Source: Camelus ferus (taxonomy: Eukaryota). Taken from it: DNA of 64,000 nt. Under the pieces are notes generated by a model. It was given only the letters and a program-made list of their open reading frames with translations. It had not been told where the DNA came from and ran no database searches. The translations under genes and the position numbers were made by a program. Where the stretch lies: positions 86,740,001-86,804,000 of the forward strand of contig NC_045696.1 of NCBI RefSeq assembly GCF_009834535.1. Direction: 5' to 3'. Of this stretch, positions 40,154-54,040 are shown piece by piece (the first letter of the stretch is position 1; each line of letters starts with the position of its first letter).

Positions 40154-40166
40154 ATATATATATATA
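40115..40166. repeat. (TG)n(TA)n microsatellite
   Basis: Seen directly. Confidence 0.95.
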
Positions 40167-43100
40167 ATTTGTGTCTTCCAGAAGTCTATAGTTGTTCTTT
40201 CCATTTTTCCTTTATAGAAGGATTACAAATTTCAAAGTAACTTGTTTAAATCACAGTTCTTGCCTTCTATTCACTTGTCACAAAATTCCATTACATTTCA
40301 TTGTGTCACAAAATTCCATTGTGTTTCACAAGCACTCATTACTACTTTTGATCATGTCATATAGATCATTCATTGTGACTTATTCTATCTTGCAAATGCG
40401 AAATCATATTTTAATTCAAATGACATGGCATAAAAATAGTATGCTGTGTTGAGGCTTATTTTATTAATAAATAAACAGTTTGTTAATTGAGTAAGTTCTG
40501 AGTTTATGTGAGCTTCATTTTCTCCAACATGTCTTTTGCACCTATTTCACAAATATTAATGATATGACTAGTAATTATAGTATAGGGCAATCTTTTAAAA
40601 TAATTGTATCTGACCTTAGTTAACTTTATTCTTTATATTTTATTTATAGTAAATCTATAATTTAAATAATGATTAAATGATAAATCAAGATTCTATGCTG
40701 TTATAGAAAGAAATTATATGAAATTCATCCCATATTTACTTGGCTACTATTTGAATTATTTAATAAATATAAAGTTCCAAATTGGTCCCCTCTGTTTATG
40801 CATCCAAAAATAATTCAGGAGCATTTCAAGAATTGCCTCCTTATTTAATTGCATAAATTTTACATGTTACATCTATAGTATATTTTTATGCCTGCAAAAA
40901 ATAAACTATTTGAAATGTACTTACTATTAAATTTTTAACTAAATTCATTATGGTTGGTCAGTTAATATTTTTATAAATATTACAGATTATTTGCTAAGTA
41001 TTTTGCCTCTTTCATAAGATGTTTTCACTAAACAAGCTTTTTGTATCATTACAAAGGAAAAGAGATATGCACTACAGGAAAGAGAGATTTGAAAGAGGAA
41101 AATGTAAATGCAAACCTTAAATGACATACTAAATACACAAGTGAAATATTTTAAAAATCTGTAGCCTCATAGATTTGAAAATGATTAATACTAGCTCTTC
41201 CACAAATAATTTATATTTAGTAGAGTAGATATTTTTGATGTTCAAGTATACATTTAAATAAACACTGATTGGTATATTAACCAATATATTAATCATAACA
41301 AAATCTTGCAAATATTTTCTCTTTTTCTTAAATATGTTTCTTATAAATATTATTTGGTAGAAGGTACACAAATTATTTCAGTTAACTAAAAGTTTCTGTG
41401 ATAAATGTTATAGCTAAGAGCAAGCATTTAGGTATTTTGTAAATGAGAAGTTTAAGTATATTTAAGTTAAAATAGGCTGTATTTACACATGCAGAAATAG
41501 TCATTTCCTAGATTTGGTCTAATTTTCATGGTAAGGTCAAAGAATAATCAACCTCACTACCTAGGCTTATGGATGAGCTTCAAAATTATCTCATTCTGAC
41601 ACATTAGACTATAATACTTAGGTGAATTTATTCTAATATTTATGAAAAATAATTCATATACTTTATAATCATCATTCTATGTCTGATTTACATCTAATGC
41701 AATTCATGAATGATTTTTAAATGTTCTACTAATTTTGAAATGACAATAAAATAATGAAAGCTTGGCAGCAGTGGTAGTGTAATTGGGAATGCCTCCAGCG
41801 AATGACAAAAAACATAGAGTTTTTATATGTTTACTGCTAAATACAACCAAAAATTAAACAGAAATATGATAACCTTCTAGGATGACATTCAGAAATATAA
41901 TAAATTTAACTGGAGATCAATTTGTAAAATAATGTGCCACCTTGAAAATTCATTTTATTAATGTTATATCAAAACAAGAATTTTATTTAAAGTGAATTAT
42001 TCTTATACCACATATGATTTGTACTTTTTAGTGTTGTCACACTATGATTGATTAACTCTTCTGGAAGATATTAACAGCACAGACTGGTGATTTCTCACTT
42101 TTCAGCTCTGTTGCACTTCACACTTCTAAGTTTGTTATTACATTGCTTCAAAATCCATTTGCCTTTGAAGTCTAAACTATCCAACTGTCAAAAAGCAAAG
42201 GCATTTGGTAATTAATTTAATACCAAATTGGACATCTGCCATGGCAATGGATAGACGTAACTGGATATGCATTTTATATTACTTATTACATTTTAAGTAC
42301 AAGCTGATAGAATTATCTTGAAAAATACATAATTAATAATTTTAAGGCATGTAATCAATTTACCATGTATCAATATCAGCAGAAGACATTTTAATGATTT
42401 TGAGTGAAAATGTCAGTGCCAACATTGGCAATCAACATCTCAATTTTATGTATCCTAATACCTGCAGCAGATAGATACACTCCAAACTCTTCAAGATGGA
42501 GACAGAAATTTATCCCAGTGTCAGTTTCTAAACAAATGGCTAACTCGACAGAAATGATGTTGTGAATCACTTTCTGGCTTACTTATGATCCTAGGATTCA
42601 GATAAATGAAGGAAATTATTATGATAAACATGTGTGTACATGTATATATTAATCATACCATAAATCATAGTGTCTCCATTTAAAAGAGGTCAAATATTTC
42701 ATGATACAAAACTTCATGTCTTGCAGATTTGTGTTCATTTATTATGATAAATGAAAACCTGTTTATGGCCAATAGCATCTGATAACAAAGTTATTATCAT
42801 TTCAACAGGAAGACCTTTCTAATTTCCACTAGACACACTTAAAACCACTTACAGACCAAATCAAACCTTGAAAAAGAAAAAGTATTTATGTAATTTTATA
42901 TAGGTCATTTGCTTAATGTTAAAACACAGCTGATAAAATACTTATAATATATTTTGTGTACATAGTTTGAAGGCAAATCTACTGAGAAAACTACAAGTCT
43001 CTTTTTTTCAGTACTTATCAGGTGAGGGATAAGACAGCTCTGAACCATGGTGAATGCACATTTATACACATTTAGCTTCCCAGTTTTAGTGACTATCTCT

Positions 43101-43239
43101 GATAAAAGAGCAAATACAATAAAATGTATTAAGAAAACATCATACTCTTTTAACTGAAGAGTCATCATATATAGCTATCCTATCTGCAAAATTCTGTATC
43201 TTTAGATGGAAATTTTTCATTTGCTTCTATACATTGTAG

Positions 43240-43580
43240 GTGTGTTTCTTTAGTGTGGGCCCATACAGGCTTGGCTCCAAATTGGATATTGCAAGTCTAC
43301 TCCATCTGTCTCCCATTCTCTATGCATCAGCAGGCTAGCAGAGACATCATCTTATCGTGGCAGTGTAAGAACTGCACAAAGGAAAAGTCCAACTGTGCAA
43401 GTCCATGTTAAGCCTGTGTTCACAAAATCTGCCAGCATCCATCAGTTGAACCAAGGGTACCACGTGCCTAACTCAAAGACCAATGGTAGAAAAATGACCT
43501 CTGCCTCTGACAGGAGAAAATGCAGGTATACATGACAAAGGGAGAAAGAAGAGAAGTATTTGGCCCAATTACTCTATTTA
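43240..43580 (-). mobile_element. Old MLT1 (H-K group) MaLR LTR fragment
   Basis: aagtctactccatctgtctcccattc, ccaactgtgcaagtccatgttaagcctgtg, cacgtgcctaactcaaagaccaatgg, acatgacaaaggg. Confidence 0.65.
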
Positions 43581-44984
43581 AGACACCTCCTATGTGTCTT
43601 CTACTATAGACTCTTCAAATATAATAAGCATTTACTGAATTTTCTATAAACTTTCATGGTTTGGACATTTGATTTCACTTGCCAATGCTTTTTCTTTAAT
43701 TTGAAATCTTCCTCTATCTGTCTCCCTATCTCTGTCTTTTTCTATCTCTGTCTCTCTTAGGCTACTGAAAACTCAATATGAACTGTAAATTCTCAGTGAG
43801 TTAATTTTCAAAGCATCCTACCCATATCAGATACAGTTATTCCGTCCTCTAGCATAAAATCAACATTCATTACATTTCATTTTATTCCTTCATTTCATTC
43901 TGCTTGTTACCACTGCTGCACATAAAAGATAATCCATAGTTTTGTTGACTAACTTAGGGAATAAGAAACACCAAAAACTCCAAAATATATATTCTCACAA
44001 AAAATCAAAGTAACTTAAAAAAAAAAACCTCAAATGAGTCTTTATGTAGCAGCTAACTTTCCTATAGAAGCAAAGAAGATTACTTTGAATTTAAAACATT
44101 AATACAAACATTGTGTTAATGCAATCTTTGGGAATATATCCATCACAGAAAACATGTTATGTATGTAAGTATATTTATTAAAGCTCTTGGCTAAGGTTAT
44201 TTGAAGCATCCTAACATTAATTGGGAAAGAAAGAACTCCAGATTTTTCACAGTGATAATTTGTTCTGAGAATGCTAAGCATTTTTTTTTGCATAATTTCA
44301 GTTTTCAGTTATCTGCCACAAGTTATATAGGTTGATAGGGCAAAGTCTTAACCTGCTCCAATTTCTCTTTTACTACCCTAATACAGTTCTTGAGCCTGGG
44401 ACCATTCATATGTCCAGCTGTCTTGCTATTTGTTAGTTCTGAATGTCTTAGCTCTTTTACTAAACTGTTAACTTCTCAATTCTGCCTTCCTTCACCCTGG
44501 ATCATTCACAAAATGCAAACCAGAGTATGTGTAAATTAATGATGGTTGAGCAACTAAATAAAGCCAAACATATTAGTCTTTCTCATAGTCGTACATATTT
44601 TAAGACTACAACAGTAATAGCAGATTCAGCTCTTGCTGAGACCATGAGAATCAGTTGGCAGCCTTTATAAACAGTTTTACATAGAGAGTACTCTTAATAG
44701 AATAATTATTATACTCTAATTATCATGTTATTCTGATAAAGAGTTTAAACTTAATTTATGCTCCCAAAACTGAATGACTATCATGGTAACACTTTTAGGT
44801 AGAAATCTACAAACAACTTTTTTTAATTGGTAGATCATATGCTTACATTTTCAATCATGAGTATCAATTAAACATATTAAGAGACCTAGCTATAAAATAA
44901 ATTTGAATTACAAACTCATTTGCTTTCTACCTTTAAAAAAATTATTTATTTTTTACAGTAATTCCTTCCTAATTGCCAATTCAC

Positions 44985-45635
44985 CATACATTATATAGCT
45001 GCTTGTGGGAACATAAAATTTTGCAGCCACTTTGGGAAACCATTTTGCAGTCAAACTCATACCTGTTGTACAAGCGAGTCATTTCAGTACTAGGCAATTA
45101 TTGGATAGAAATCAATACATATGTCCATATAAAAACTTGTACATAAATGTTCATAGAAAGTCAAAACTTGGAAACAACCCAAATGTATCAACAGGCAAAC
45201 GAATCAACCAACTCTGGGATATCTATATGACAGAATACAATTCATGGATTAAAATGTCAATTCACATAATGTGAATTAATTTCAGAATAATTTTGCTAGT
45301 GAAAGAAGTAAAACACAATTTAAAAAGGAGTGCATACTGTATGATTCAATTTTATAGGACTAGAAAATACAAACTATCTAAAACCGTAGCCCAATAAAAC
45401 ACAGATCAGCATTGTGAGGGAACAAAGACTAGGATGGAGGGGTTACAAAGGAACATGAAGACACTTTTTATTGATGTATAATGTCCACTATCATTATTGT
45501 GGTGATGATTTCACATGTGAATGGGATGTCAAAACTTACCAAACTGTGATCTTTAAAAATGTGCAGTTTAAAATGCATCGATAGGTATATAAATTATACC
45601 CCAATAAAGCTGTTTAAAAATAAATGAAAATAAAC
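44985..45635 (+). mobile_element. L1MC/ME-type 3' end
   Basis: gcagccactttgggaaac, ggaaacaacccaaatgtatc, aaattataccccaataaagctgtttaaaaa. Confidence 0.88.
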
Positions 45636-47779
45636 TAGCTATAAGGCACAGAATCATGTTGTTTCCTTCAGGACCTATGGATAGTTAAAGACGTATCTTG
45701 TTGCTGTTAATTTGGGTTTTTTTGCACACACACTGAATGTACTTTGGATATGTAAACAGAAAAATAATTCTTTCCCTTTTTTTTTTTTTTTTGTCAGAGA
45801 CAAAGGGCAAAAAGAACAGAAAATATGTGAAAATGGCTGAGATATTTTGTGGGAAAACTAAACTAACAAGGAGAAAGATAGTAAACAAAACATTCTTGGT
45901 TAAATGCTTGCCTTAGCAAACAAGTGAAAGAAGTGACCAAATGTTCAGGGTTACCTACAACTGGATCCTTGCTTCTTTTACATATGTGTAACTCCATACA
46001 GATTAGCTGCACTAATACTCTCCATTAATGCTGTTAATACAAAGTACACTGAAATTACAATACAATATCTACCACCAGAATCTAGTAAGAGGATTATTAA
46101 GTAATTTCTACAAATTACTTCTTGATGTTTCAAGGAAAGTAGTTTATAAATGTCAATTATTTTTGAGATATTTGCTGCAATTATTTTCTGAAAAAATGAG
46201 TACTCCCTTCTCTGTTTAATATGTGAACTAATATCTCTAGTTATAAAAAGTGTTGACAATTTTCCCCATTTTCCCTTCCAGAAAAATCAATAAAACTTTG
46301 TTCATATTAATTCTGAAGATAGAATTTTTCAAGTAAGTAAATGGAAAATTGCATTAAGAAAACTCAATAACAATCATTAAATAGAAAAGCAAATCACACA
46401 TGATTCTATATTATCAGAATAATTATAAAATATAAAAATACTTTAATGAAGTTTTGAGGAAACTGAACAGAATTTTGTACATCATGTCACTAAAGAATCT
46501 GTTCTTCAAAAATCAAAGTAATTTTAGTTATAATCTTGTTAACAGATTTTTTTGTAAAAACGTATCTATAATGCAACAAACAGACGAAGAGTAAATAAAT
46601 GAAGAAGACATGCATAGCTAGTTATATTAGATCATGCAAAGCTTCCTGGATATGGAACTTATCCTGCAATTTCATCACTCAGTATAAAAAGGGAGCATTA
46701 AAAAAAAATTTTACAAAACAAAGATGCTAGTATGTAATATACAAAGGGGTTAGATATCTACCTATCTTTTTATTATAGTGGGAGATTTTATCAGTTTCAT
46801 AATACTTTAATAAAATGGGGAAAAAATGACTACGATAATTCAGCCAGGCCAATTATCAGATAGAAATCAAAGACTGAACTATTTCTAAAATAACAATCAT
46901 CCCTTTTTACTTAGAAAGTAGTAGGGGACGTATTAATTAAGACAATTAGTCACCTTAGATTTGGGCACATTTAAAGATAACTTCCAAGTATTTCCAAATT
47001 GAGGAATATAATTCATGTGGAATATTCACGTGCAAATTATGGACAGAAAAATAGCACACATAGAAGCCTATTTCCTCCTAGACTTATATCATCTTATAGT
47101 ATGCAATATTTAAATATTTCTTCCTAGACTTATACACACTTATTTTTAACAACTTCAAGCTGAGTATACTTACAGTTATAAGAATGATAAAAATGAAGTG
47201 CTAAACAGTTCCCATATACTTTAATACAAAAGTTTAATCAATATAGTCAATGTCTTTCACAGTATATCTTTAACATATTAACAGGCTAAAATACCAAATA
47301 GTTGTGTTTGTAACATATTTTGCATTGAACGATAGACATCTTAAAACATTTTCTCTTCCATGGATGAGTATGAATAAATATCAATTGAAATATTTATTTT
47401 ATATACCAAATTGAACTCATTATCACTCTCAGAAGGTAATTTTTAAAAAGATTTTAAAAACTATGAAGAAAAACAGACTTTAAAATGCACACAGACATAC
47501 ACACACACAAACATATGCATACATGCATATATAAAATAGATTATTTAATTAAAAAATTAAGAATTATTTAATCAATAAATGAAATAATTAATAGATTAAA
47601 AATTATAGCCATGTAAATCAGCATAGCCATAGGCTTCCTGGGAAAATCGTACCATTTTTATAATTATACAAATTTAATTAACACAACTTTCTCATGAAAA
47701 ATATTATCCATAGCAGCAGACTTTTGGATATCTTAAATTGCTATTGTTATTGGCAAATGAAATTAATAAAATAATACTA

Positions 47780-47950
47780 GGCAAGTAAGAAACCTAGATG
47801 TTGTTTCTTTCTGAGTTTAACAGCAACTGGCAAGAGACCTTGGCAAATCACTTAACCTCTCTGAACCTCAGTTCCCTCAACTGTAAAATGAATGGTTGTG
47901 CTTAAATGAACATTACATTTACTTCCCTCTGTGAGATTATCTGTTCTGAA
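47780..47950 (+). mobile_element. MIR SINE
   Basis: MIR core gaccttggcaaatcacttaacctctctgaacctcagttccctcaactgtaaaatg. Confidence 0.88.
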
Positions 47951-49299
47951 TAGCAGAATGTAAAAAATGTGATTAATTGCTAAACCTTACATTTCTACTT
48001 ATTTTGTAATATGTTCATTTCCTAAAAATGTACAAACCATATTTATATACTTCTATTATGTTATTATTTGTCTTTTCATGGTTAAAATATCCTAAAATGG
48101 TATTTTGAGCATATATATCTTCCTAGAGCTTCAAAAGTTTCTCTCAACTTCACTTTTATCTGACTCACTGTTGCAAATAATTAAATATCTCAAGGTGTCA
48201 AAACTAATTCCCTCACAGTAAGATGTGGCTTGGTCATTCAGGGCTCTGAACAGGGAAAGGCTAAAAGGGCTGGCAAATGGATTGCGTTGTGAAACATGAG
48301 GAAACTATAGTCTTGCATATACTTAAAACTTTCTTTAAAAAAATAAAGCACCCCTTGTTTGTACTTTGCTGTGTTATAGCTATGAGGATACACAAGTTAT
48401 AATAACATATACTTTTCTGGGAAAATAACGTATACTCTGTTATATTTTCTGTTACAACATTGATTTTTACCTTCTTTTGATTAAAAATAGCATAATAGAG
48501 AATGTTTTAATTAAGCATTCAGCCAATTCAATTTCTTAATATTGAAATTACATGATTGGCACTATAATAATGCTGAGAGGTAAATAGAATATACTGTTTA
48601 TATATATGTGTGTGTATATATATATGCATATTTACATATTCTAAAGCAAAAAAAAAAAGCCCACTTAGACATAGGCATATGTAAGTGTGCATACAGGTCT
48701 ATTAGCATTAAAAAAATCAATGGATTTGGCTTATGATAGGTCATGTAAGTAAATTACTAAAAGTTGGAAACAAATTTTACTTTCATTTCCTGCACTTTTC
48801 ACATCTTGCATTCATGTTTCTAAAATCCGATCTCACATGTATTAACTGAACCTCATTGTTTATTTTGTGTTTTAAACTATAAATAGTAAAACTTTATTTT
48901 ATTTTATATAAAATAGCCTATTTATTGTTTCAGATTAGTGAATTAATTGGACTTTATTAAAGCAGTTTAATTCTAATGTTTTCTCCTATTCATTGTTATG
49001 AACATTTTATTGCTTTTCACTTATCAAAGTAGAATATCATTATTTTGGTGTTTTAAATCGATACACTCATATACAATCAATCCTATGAAGACAGAATTTT
49101 TAAGGATGTGGTTTTGCTTTTGGTAAATCTAAGCATAGATATTTGATATGTTAGAGTCAGAGAGTTTCTACCCCTTTCAGGTTTCAAAACTTGGGATTCC
49201 ATCACTCAGCAGTACATTAATATAACAAATAGATTAATGATAATAAATTAAGCTACATAATGAGAACTAGGATTCTAACTATATCTGCTTATTGAATAT

Positions 49300-49923
49300 T
49301 GCAAACAGAAATAATCAATAAATAATCTATAATAGGAGAAGAAAAGAGATTTATTTGAGCCAAACTGAGGACTATAGTCCTGGAGACACAGATTCAAGAA
49401 GCACATGAATTGTGTTCCACTGGACGAAAAAATTGGAGAGGCTTACATAGGCAAAACACCACAAAAGTTATATAATTTATTTGTTAAGAATTAACATTGG
49501 AGCTGGCAAGAAGTAAGGATGCTTGCTAAGCAAGGATTAGTTGGGATCCAAAAGGGTTGCATTGTTACAAGGGGATATTTTAAGACTGGGGGTTGCAGCT
49601 GGCAGCTATTAGCAAATATTGAGGAGAACAGGTGGTGACTTTGAGCTTAATACAGTTTGGAAAAATTAAGTTCTCATCGATGCAGGAATGTGTCTGAAAC
49701 CACATCCCCAAGGGCCACCCAAATCCATTTTGGATGCTTGAACCACAGTTACTCCATTGTTATTTTTAAATACATTATTTTCTTTAATGGTTAAAGCAGA
49801 TGTACAATGCATGCTTGATAGATTATAAGACAGGCTGTTCTAGTTAGTATAATGTTCAAGCTAAATCATGTATAAACCAAAATGATTTCCCAGTACCTCA
49901 ATACGTGAAAATTTCTTCCATCA
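49300..49923 (-). mobile_element. ERV1-type solo LTR with 4-bp TSD
   Basis: TG...CA ends; ATAT at 49296-49299 and 49924-49927; minus-strand AATAAA at 49350-49355. Confidence 0.88.
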
Positions 49924-50122
49924 ATATCTTTAATGTACTAAGCACTGTGTTATTCATGATGTCAATATAATTTTTAATTCGCACAACTCTTGAAATTAGG
50001 TATTTCTCTTCTTTTCATTTTTCAGTTCAAAGTAACTAAGTAATTTACCTAAAATCACACAACTAATGGTTGAACCAGTAAATATGAACTCATGATCTTT
50101 AACCTCAAGTCCTCTTTCTACT
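49924..50122 (-). mobile_element. MIR SINE (its tail at about 49280-49299 is split off by the LTR)
   Basis: gcttattgaatat|...ctaagcactgtgtt...aagtaatttacctaaaatcacacaactaatgg. Confidence 0.7.
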
Positions 50123-50154
50123 TCCTGTTTATATGAATATGTAACAACTGTAAA

Positions 50155-50291
50155 TAAAATGACGATGTACCCTGCTTTGCCCAGGGGAGTCTTGCTTTTC
50201 ATCTGTTGTCTTAGAGAAATATAAATAGAGCTTCTTCTCATTATCCAAAAAAAAATTCCTGGTTTGTATGATAAATTACATGGTCTCCATA
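50155..50291. mobile_element. MER94-like hAT-Blackjack MITE
   Basis: About 137 bp; ccctgctttgcccagggg and cctggtttgtatgataaattacatggtctccata match MER94 with decayed TIRs. Confidence 0.7.
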
Positions 50292-51019
50292 AATATAGAG
50301 AATATACGATGGGTTTATACTTTAGTAGCTAATTGACAAAGAGTTAGCAAAAATCATGAATCAGTTCAGTATAATGTATTCTAGTAAAGTCTACTTCCTT
50401 TTCTGTGGTTCCTCAGCTGTCATTTTCTAATTTCATCTGTGTAATAATGCCAGTCTTCTGCATCAGGTAGTTTGTTACTGAAATCATGATTGTTTATTAT
50501 ACTCTTCAATGAATAGTTCTTTAAGTGCCAAATTGTCCACTGATTTCTAAGGAAGACTTTGCCAATTGCACACTGCTGGCTCTTATAATTAAAGAGTAGG
50601 GTTAAAATTCAGCCCATTTTATAGCTGTTATGGTTGTACATTTATGGGTTTTTGTTTGTTTGGATCCTCTCTGTAGATACAGCTGGGTCAAAGTTCAACA
50701 TGTTAGTGGGACAGGAGGTGAATTTTAAATTTCTTTTTGCAGTGTCAGTTGAAAAATGAACCTCTACTCACATAGTGCCGAAAGTTCCTGAAACAGACCA
50801 CTAACTCTCACCCAGACACAACAGCTAAGGTGTAATACTGATTAATGACACAGTCACCTGCTTGGTGCAAGTTATTACACGTAAACATCCATTTCTTACA
50901 AGAAGCACTCTGGAGATCAGTTTTCCAGCCCTTTGGCCTTGAACAAAATTTATATCTCCACATTTCTTTTTAAAATGCTTAAGATCCACAATTTATCTAA
51001 CTAAAGGAAAAGGGAGAAT

Positions 51020-51270
51020 GTCGAGTATGAATAGGCTGTGAGTCACACAGATGTAACTTTTAATCCATGTGCTGCCACTGATGAGGATGTGACCTCGGAG
51101 AAATTATTTAAACCCCTTCAGCCTCTGAATTCTTACCATTATATAAAGATTTCTATTCACAATACACAATGTTGTATGAGGAAGAAATGAGATAATAAAT
51201 ATGAACATTTATTTCAGTATCTGGAGCATAGTAATTGCTCAATAAAATATAGATCCTGTGGTGTGATTAT
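51020..51270 (+). mobile_element. MIR SINE
   Basis: tgtgacctcggagaaattatttaaaccccttcagcctctg...gcatagtaattgctcaataaa. Confidence 0.8.
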
Positions 51271-51502
51271 TATGTTACACACTCAGTTTTTTTAATTCAA
51301 GTTTGCAACTGTCCAAAGATGTAAAATTGTGAAAATCACAACATAGTTTTCATAGTCTAGCTGGATGGATTCTAGTGTACAGTGTAAATAAAATCCTATT
51401 TTACTAGTTGTAGTAATATTTTATAACATCTAACTTTGTCATTAGTATAATCTTTGAGGGGTTTCCATGCAAAAATATTTTTCTTACTTCCTTAAAAATA
51501 GA

Positions 51503-51642
51503 TTATCGAAAAGAATTTGAAGACAAATATGTATGTATGTTCATGTATGACTGAAACATTATGCTGTACACCAGAAACTGACACAACATTGTAAACTGAA
51601 TATACTTCAATAAAAAATACATATACAAAAATAAATAAATAT
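51503..51642 (+). mobile_element. Very short young L1 3' terminus
   Basis: tgactgaaacattatgctgtacaccagaaactgacacaacattgtaaactgaatatacttcaataaaaaa; same family as the L1s at 21958 and 38451. Confidence 0.88.
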
Positions 51643-53084
51643 ATTTTAGATAAATTAATGTCTTAAATGAAAAGCAGAGTATCTGACATCTAGCTCCTAG
51701 ACTGACAATGTGTTCTTTTGGAAAAAAATATCCAAATTGATTAATTTTTATGCATAGACAGCAAGTATGTAAAATAACCCTTCTGCAGTGATAAAGACGT
51801 CTGTTAATTTCTGTAGGAGAATAATTTGTGGTTTCTGGATCTAATAGCATAGGGAGAGGAAATATCTGTTAACCTTCAGCAACTCTTATGAATACGTATT
51901 TGTTCCCTAAAATGATATAAACACAACGGAACATTTAAAACAGATAAAAAAAAATTACATTTCACCCATGTTATTTTAGAACTAACATGATATTAAGGAA
52001 GATATCTTCATTCAAGATTTCTTAAGTTCTAGAAATGTTTTAGAGACCTTTTCACCATATTTTTTTTCTCAATGGTGAATTATTTTAAGATGAATGCTGT
52101 TCTATTCATAGTAGTTAAAATATATGATCCCCGTAGCAATAATAACTTTGTTTCCAAATACACAGAATTACTTACATGTTTGACAAAAATTTTTGGTGTG
52201 AGAAAATTGTTTTGAAATTTAATATTCATTATGGAATCTTTACTGAGTCCATGCTAACTTCACAACAAAATCTATGTCCTTTTAATAAATACAGTTAAAA
52301 TTGTATCATTTTTAACAGATCGGTAAATGCTTCCATTCTGTTTTCTTCCCTTTAAACTCATTCATTTTTTAAACTAAACTTTAAACTGCCCCTCTTTTTT
52401 CTCCTTAATGTTTCTAAATAGATGTAGCCCTCTATGTCTAATAAAAATAGGTTTATTTTGGTTCAAGGAAAAAATAATTATTTTTACATGCCAGTGTCAT
52501 AGAAGATATTGTTTGTGAAGGCTGAGGTTCTGTTAAATAGATTCGCAAATTATTTCACTATATTTTAAAAATCTCTTCAATATATTCTAGGCAGTTCAGT
52601 TCCTAGTTATTTGCCATTGCCAAATATTCAGGGACACCTAATATCATTAATGAGAAACCACAGCTATAACATACATGAAAACTGGGATTCCTGTAGAAAG
52701 AATAGGAACCTGCTCTACATTCCGTTTTAGGCACTTTTGGAAATTGCCATGTGTGAACACATCTTGCAGAGTGAGGAATACACTTGCAGAGGGGCCTGCA
52801 TATCACTGTGAGACTTCACTTTTCCAGCATCAGGTCTTATAAACCTTTTCACTGCTTATGTTCTCTGATGAAGAGAGGGATATGTTTGAAATACAGAACC
52901 ACTTTCTGAAGAGAGCAGCAGTGCTAATTCAGGAACCATTTCCCCTGTGCAAGCAGGTTATTGGCAGGAGGAGTCCAGATAGACAGAGAAAAGCATAGAA
53001 CAGTAGTAGTGGCATACCCATGAAGAGCCAACAACAGTAACATAAACAGAGTAGTATGATCCCACTCACATTCCTCCATTAAAA

Positions 53085-54040
53085 GTATCTGTTGAATAGA
53101 CAACCTACAGACTAAAAGATAATATTTGCAAAACATATCTGATAAAATATGGGTATCTAAATATACAAAGATATTTTCAAACTCAGTAATAAGAAAATAA
53201 GCAGCTCAGTTAAAATTGGGCAAATATTCAGAATAGATACCTCACCAAAGAAGAGATACAGATGGCAAATAAGCATATGAAAAGGTGGTCATCATCATAT
53301 GCCATTAAGGGATTAAAAATTAAAACAATAATGAGATATCACTATATACAAAAGAATATCTACAATCCAAAAGACTAGAAATATCAAATGCTGAGTAGTA
53401 TGCAGAGCAATGGGAAATCTTATTCATTGATGGTGGGAATGCAAATTCATAGAGCAACTCTGGAAGACAGTTTGACAGTCTTTTACAAAACCAAACACAG
53501 GCATATCTCACAATCCAACAACTCTTCTCCTAGGAATTTAAGCAAATGAGCTGAAACATACATAAACACAAAAATCTGTACACAAATGTTGCAAAAATTT
53601 GGAAGCAACCAAGATGCCCTTCAATAGATAAATGGATAAACAAAACTGTAGTACATCCATACAATGGGGCATTTTCACTGATAAAAAGAAATGGACTATC
53701 GAGCCATGAAAAGATATGGAGGAACCTTGGGTAAGAAGTTAGATACGGGGGCAATAGAAAAGAAGAGAAAGATGAATATGTGAAACACATAACTTTCAGG
53801 GCATTAAAATATTCTGCATGACACTCTAGCAGCGGTTACACAATATTATTCATTTGTCAAAATCCATACAACTGTATAGCACAAAGTATGACTCCTAATA
53901 TAAACTATAGAGTTTAGTTAATAATTATGTGCCAGTATTGGTTCATCACTTGGAATAAAAGTACCACACTAAAAGAAAATGTTATTAATAAGGGAAATTG
54001 TGAGTTGGGAGAGGTCAGGTTATGAGAACTCTGAGTATTG
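53085..54040 (+). mobile_element. L1MC-type ORF2 end and 3' UTR
   Basis: gacaacctacagac, cacctcaccaaagaagagatacagatggc, ggaagcaaccaagatgcccttcaatag, taaactatagagtttagttaataat. Confidence 0.9.

Noticed and set aside
51503..51850. 115-aa minus-strand ORF
   Set aside because: Runs antisense through an L1 3' end and its A-rich tail; low complexity.
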